Assembly: GCA_024137785.1 (NCBI GenBank)
Contig: JAHRHZ010000076.1
Coordinates: 1,646,048-1,710,047, forward strand
DNA from: Ginglymostoma cirratum
Taxonomy: Eukaryota
DNA: 64,000 nucleotides
Direction of reading: 5' to 3'
The stretch's first letter is position 1. Every line of letters begins with the position of its first letter. Of this stretch, positions 63,163-64,000 are shown in pieces. The translations under genes and the position numbers were made by a program. The notes under the pieces are model-generated. The model ran no database searches. It saw only the letters and a list, made by a program, of their open reading frames with translations, and was not told the DNA's origin.

Positions 63163-63579
63163 TTGTGTGTGTGTGTATGCTTGTGCGTGTATGTGTGTGC
63201 GTGTGTGTGTGCGTGTATGCTTGTGTGTATGAGTGTGCGTGTGTGTGTATGCTTGTGTGTGTATGAGTGTGCGTGTGTGTGTATGCTTGTGCGTGTATGA
63301 GTGTGCGTGTGTGTGTGTGTATGTGTGTATGTGTATGGGTGTGCGTGTGTGTATGCTTGTGTGTGTATGGGTGTGATTGTGTGTGTGTGTANNNNNNNNN
63401 NGTGTGTATGGGTGTGATTGTGTGTGTGTGTATGCTTGTGTGTGTATGTGTATGCTTGTGTGTGTATGGGTGTGCGTGTGTGTATGCTTGTGTGTGTACG
63501 GGTGTGCACGTGTGTGTATGTGTGTGCATGTGTGTGTGTGTGTGCTTGTGTGTGTATGGGTGTGCGCGCGTGTGTGTGT
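63163..63579. repeat. (TG)n-derived compound microsatellite/minisatellite
   Basis: Recurring unit of about 30-34 bp (gtgtgtatgcttgtgtgtgtatgrgtgtgc). Explains the HT- and CV-rich ORFs. Confidence 0.95.
63392..63401. other. Assembly gap (10 N)
   Basis: Run of ten N. Confidence 0.99.
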
Positions 63580-64000
63580 AAAACTAAGTAACAGGGAGAT
63601 TAGTCTTTCAATTCATACTATTGTGGGCTGACTGTTTAGATTGCTTACTATAGCTGGAGTCTAAATACTTGGAATAAATAGTGATTCTATTCCATACGGG
63701 TCAACAAATCAGGCAAATTGAGGAACTTTGCATAATTTAGGAAATCTTTAACCTTAATAATGATGCTGGGGGATAACAGGGCTCAATTTCCAGCACACTG
63801 CCCAGATTAATAATAGCAATCTACATGTTCAGTTTCAGTTCACTTCACTTCAGTTTCTTGTTCAGTTTCACTTTTAGTTTTGACTGAAATGATTCAAGAA
63901 GGCAACTCATCAACATCTTCTCAAGTGCAATAAACAATCAGTGTTTAATCATGCTCACATCCCTTGAATTACAATCTCAGGGTGGGCACAGACCACATTT

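Larger units (their letters stand above)
62500..63778 (+). mobile_element. Possible LTR-like element containing the TG-rich array
   Basis: AATAAA near 63673 and terminal GATAACA. 5' boundary not defined. Confidence 0.25.

Noticed and set aside
63075-63631. His/Thr- and Cys/Val-rich ORFs
   Set aside because: These are translations of the (TG)n array.
1-64000. Prokaryotic systems (CRISPR arrays, operons, retrons)
   Set aside because: The sequence is vertebrate repeat-rich DNA with no repeat-spacer array or dense coding.

Overview
Eukaryotic, AT-rich, repeat-dense DNA, almost certainly from a shark or other elasmobranch. The call rests on HE1-type V-SINEs, DeuSINE (SacSINE1-like) relics, CR1/HER1-type LINEs, a Rex1/Babar LINE and Penelope-like elements (PLEs). 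I found no convincing host protein-coding exon, so the window is probably a large intron or intergenic DNA. The ORFs I could interpret are transposon fragments, antisense shadows or simple-repeat translations. Main signals: (1) about a dozen short PLE-derived insertions made of little more than the PLE terminal repeat with a minimal hammerhead-ribozyme motif, many flanked by target-site duplications (TSDs) and some palindromic; (2) a decayed retroviral-type integrase C-terminus followed by about 3 kb of Cys-rich env-like relic at the window start; (3) a tRNA-headed SINE that looks like an internal deletion of an apparently ORF1-less LINE carrying the same head; (4) a ~100-bp-arm hairpin element with an insertion at its apex, and a separate pair of ~125-bp inverted repeats about 2 kb apart; (5) a Harbinger Myb/SANT relic. 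Boundaries were read by eye and are approximate unless a TSD is quoted. Family names come from motif recognition, not database searches.
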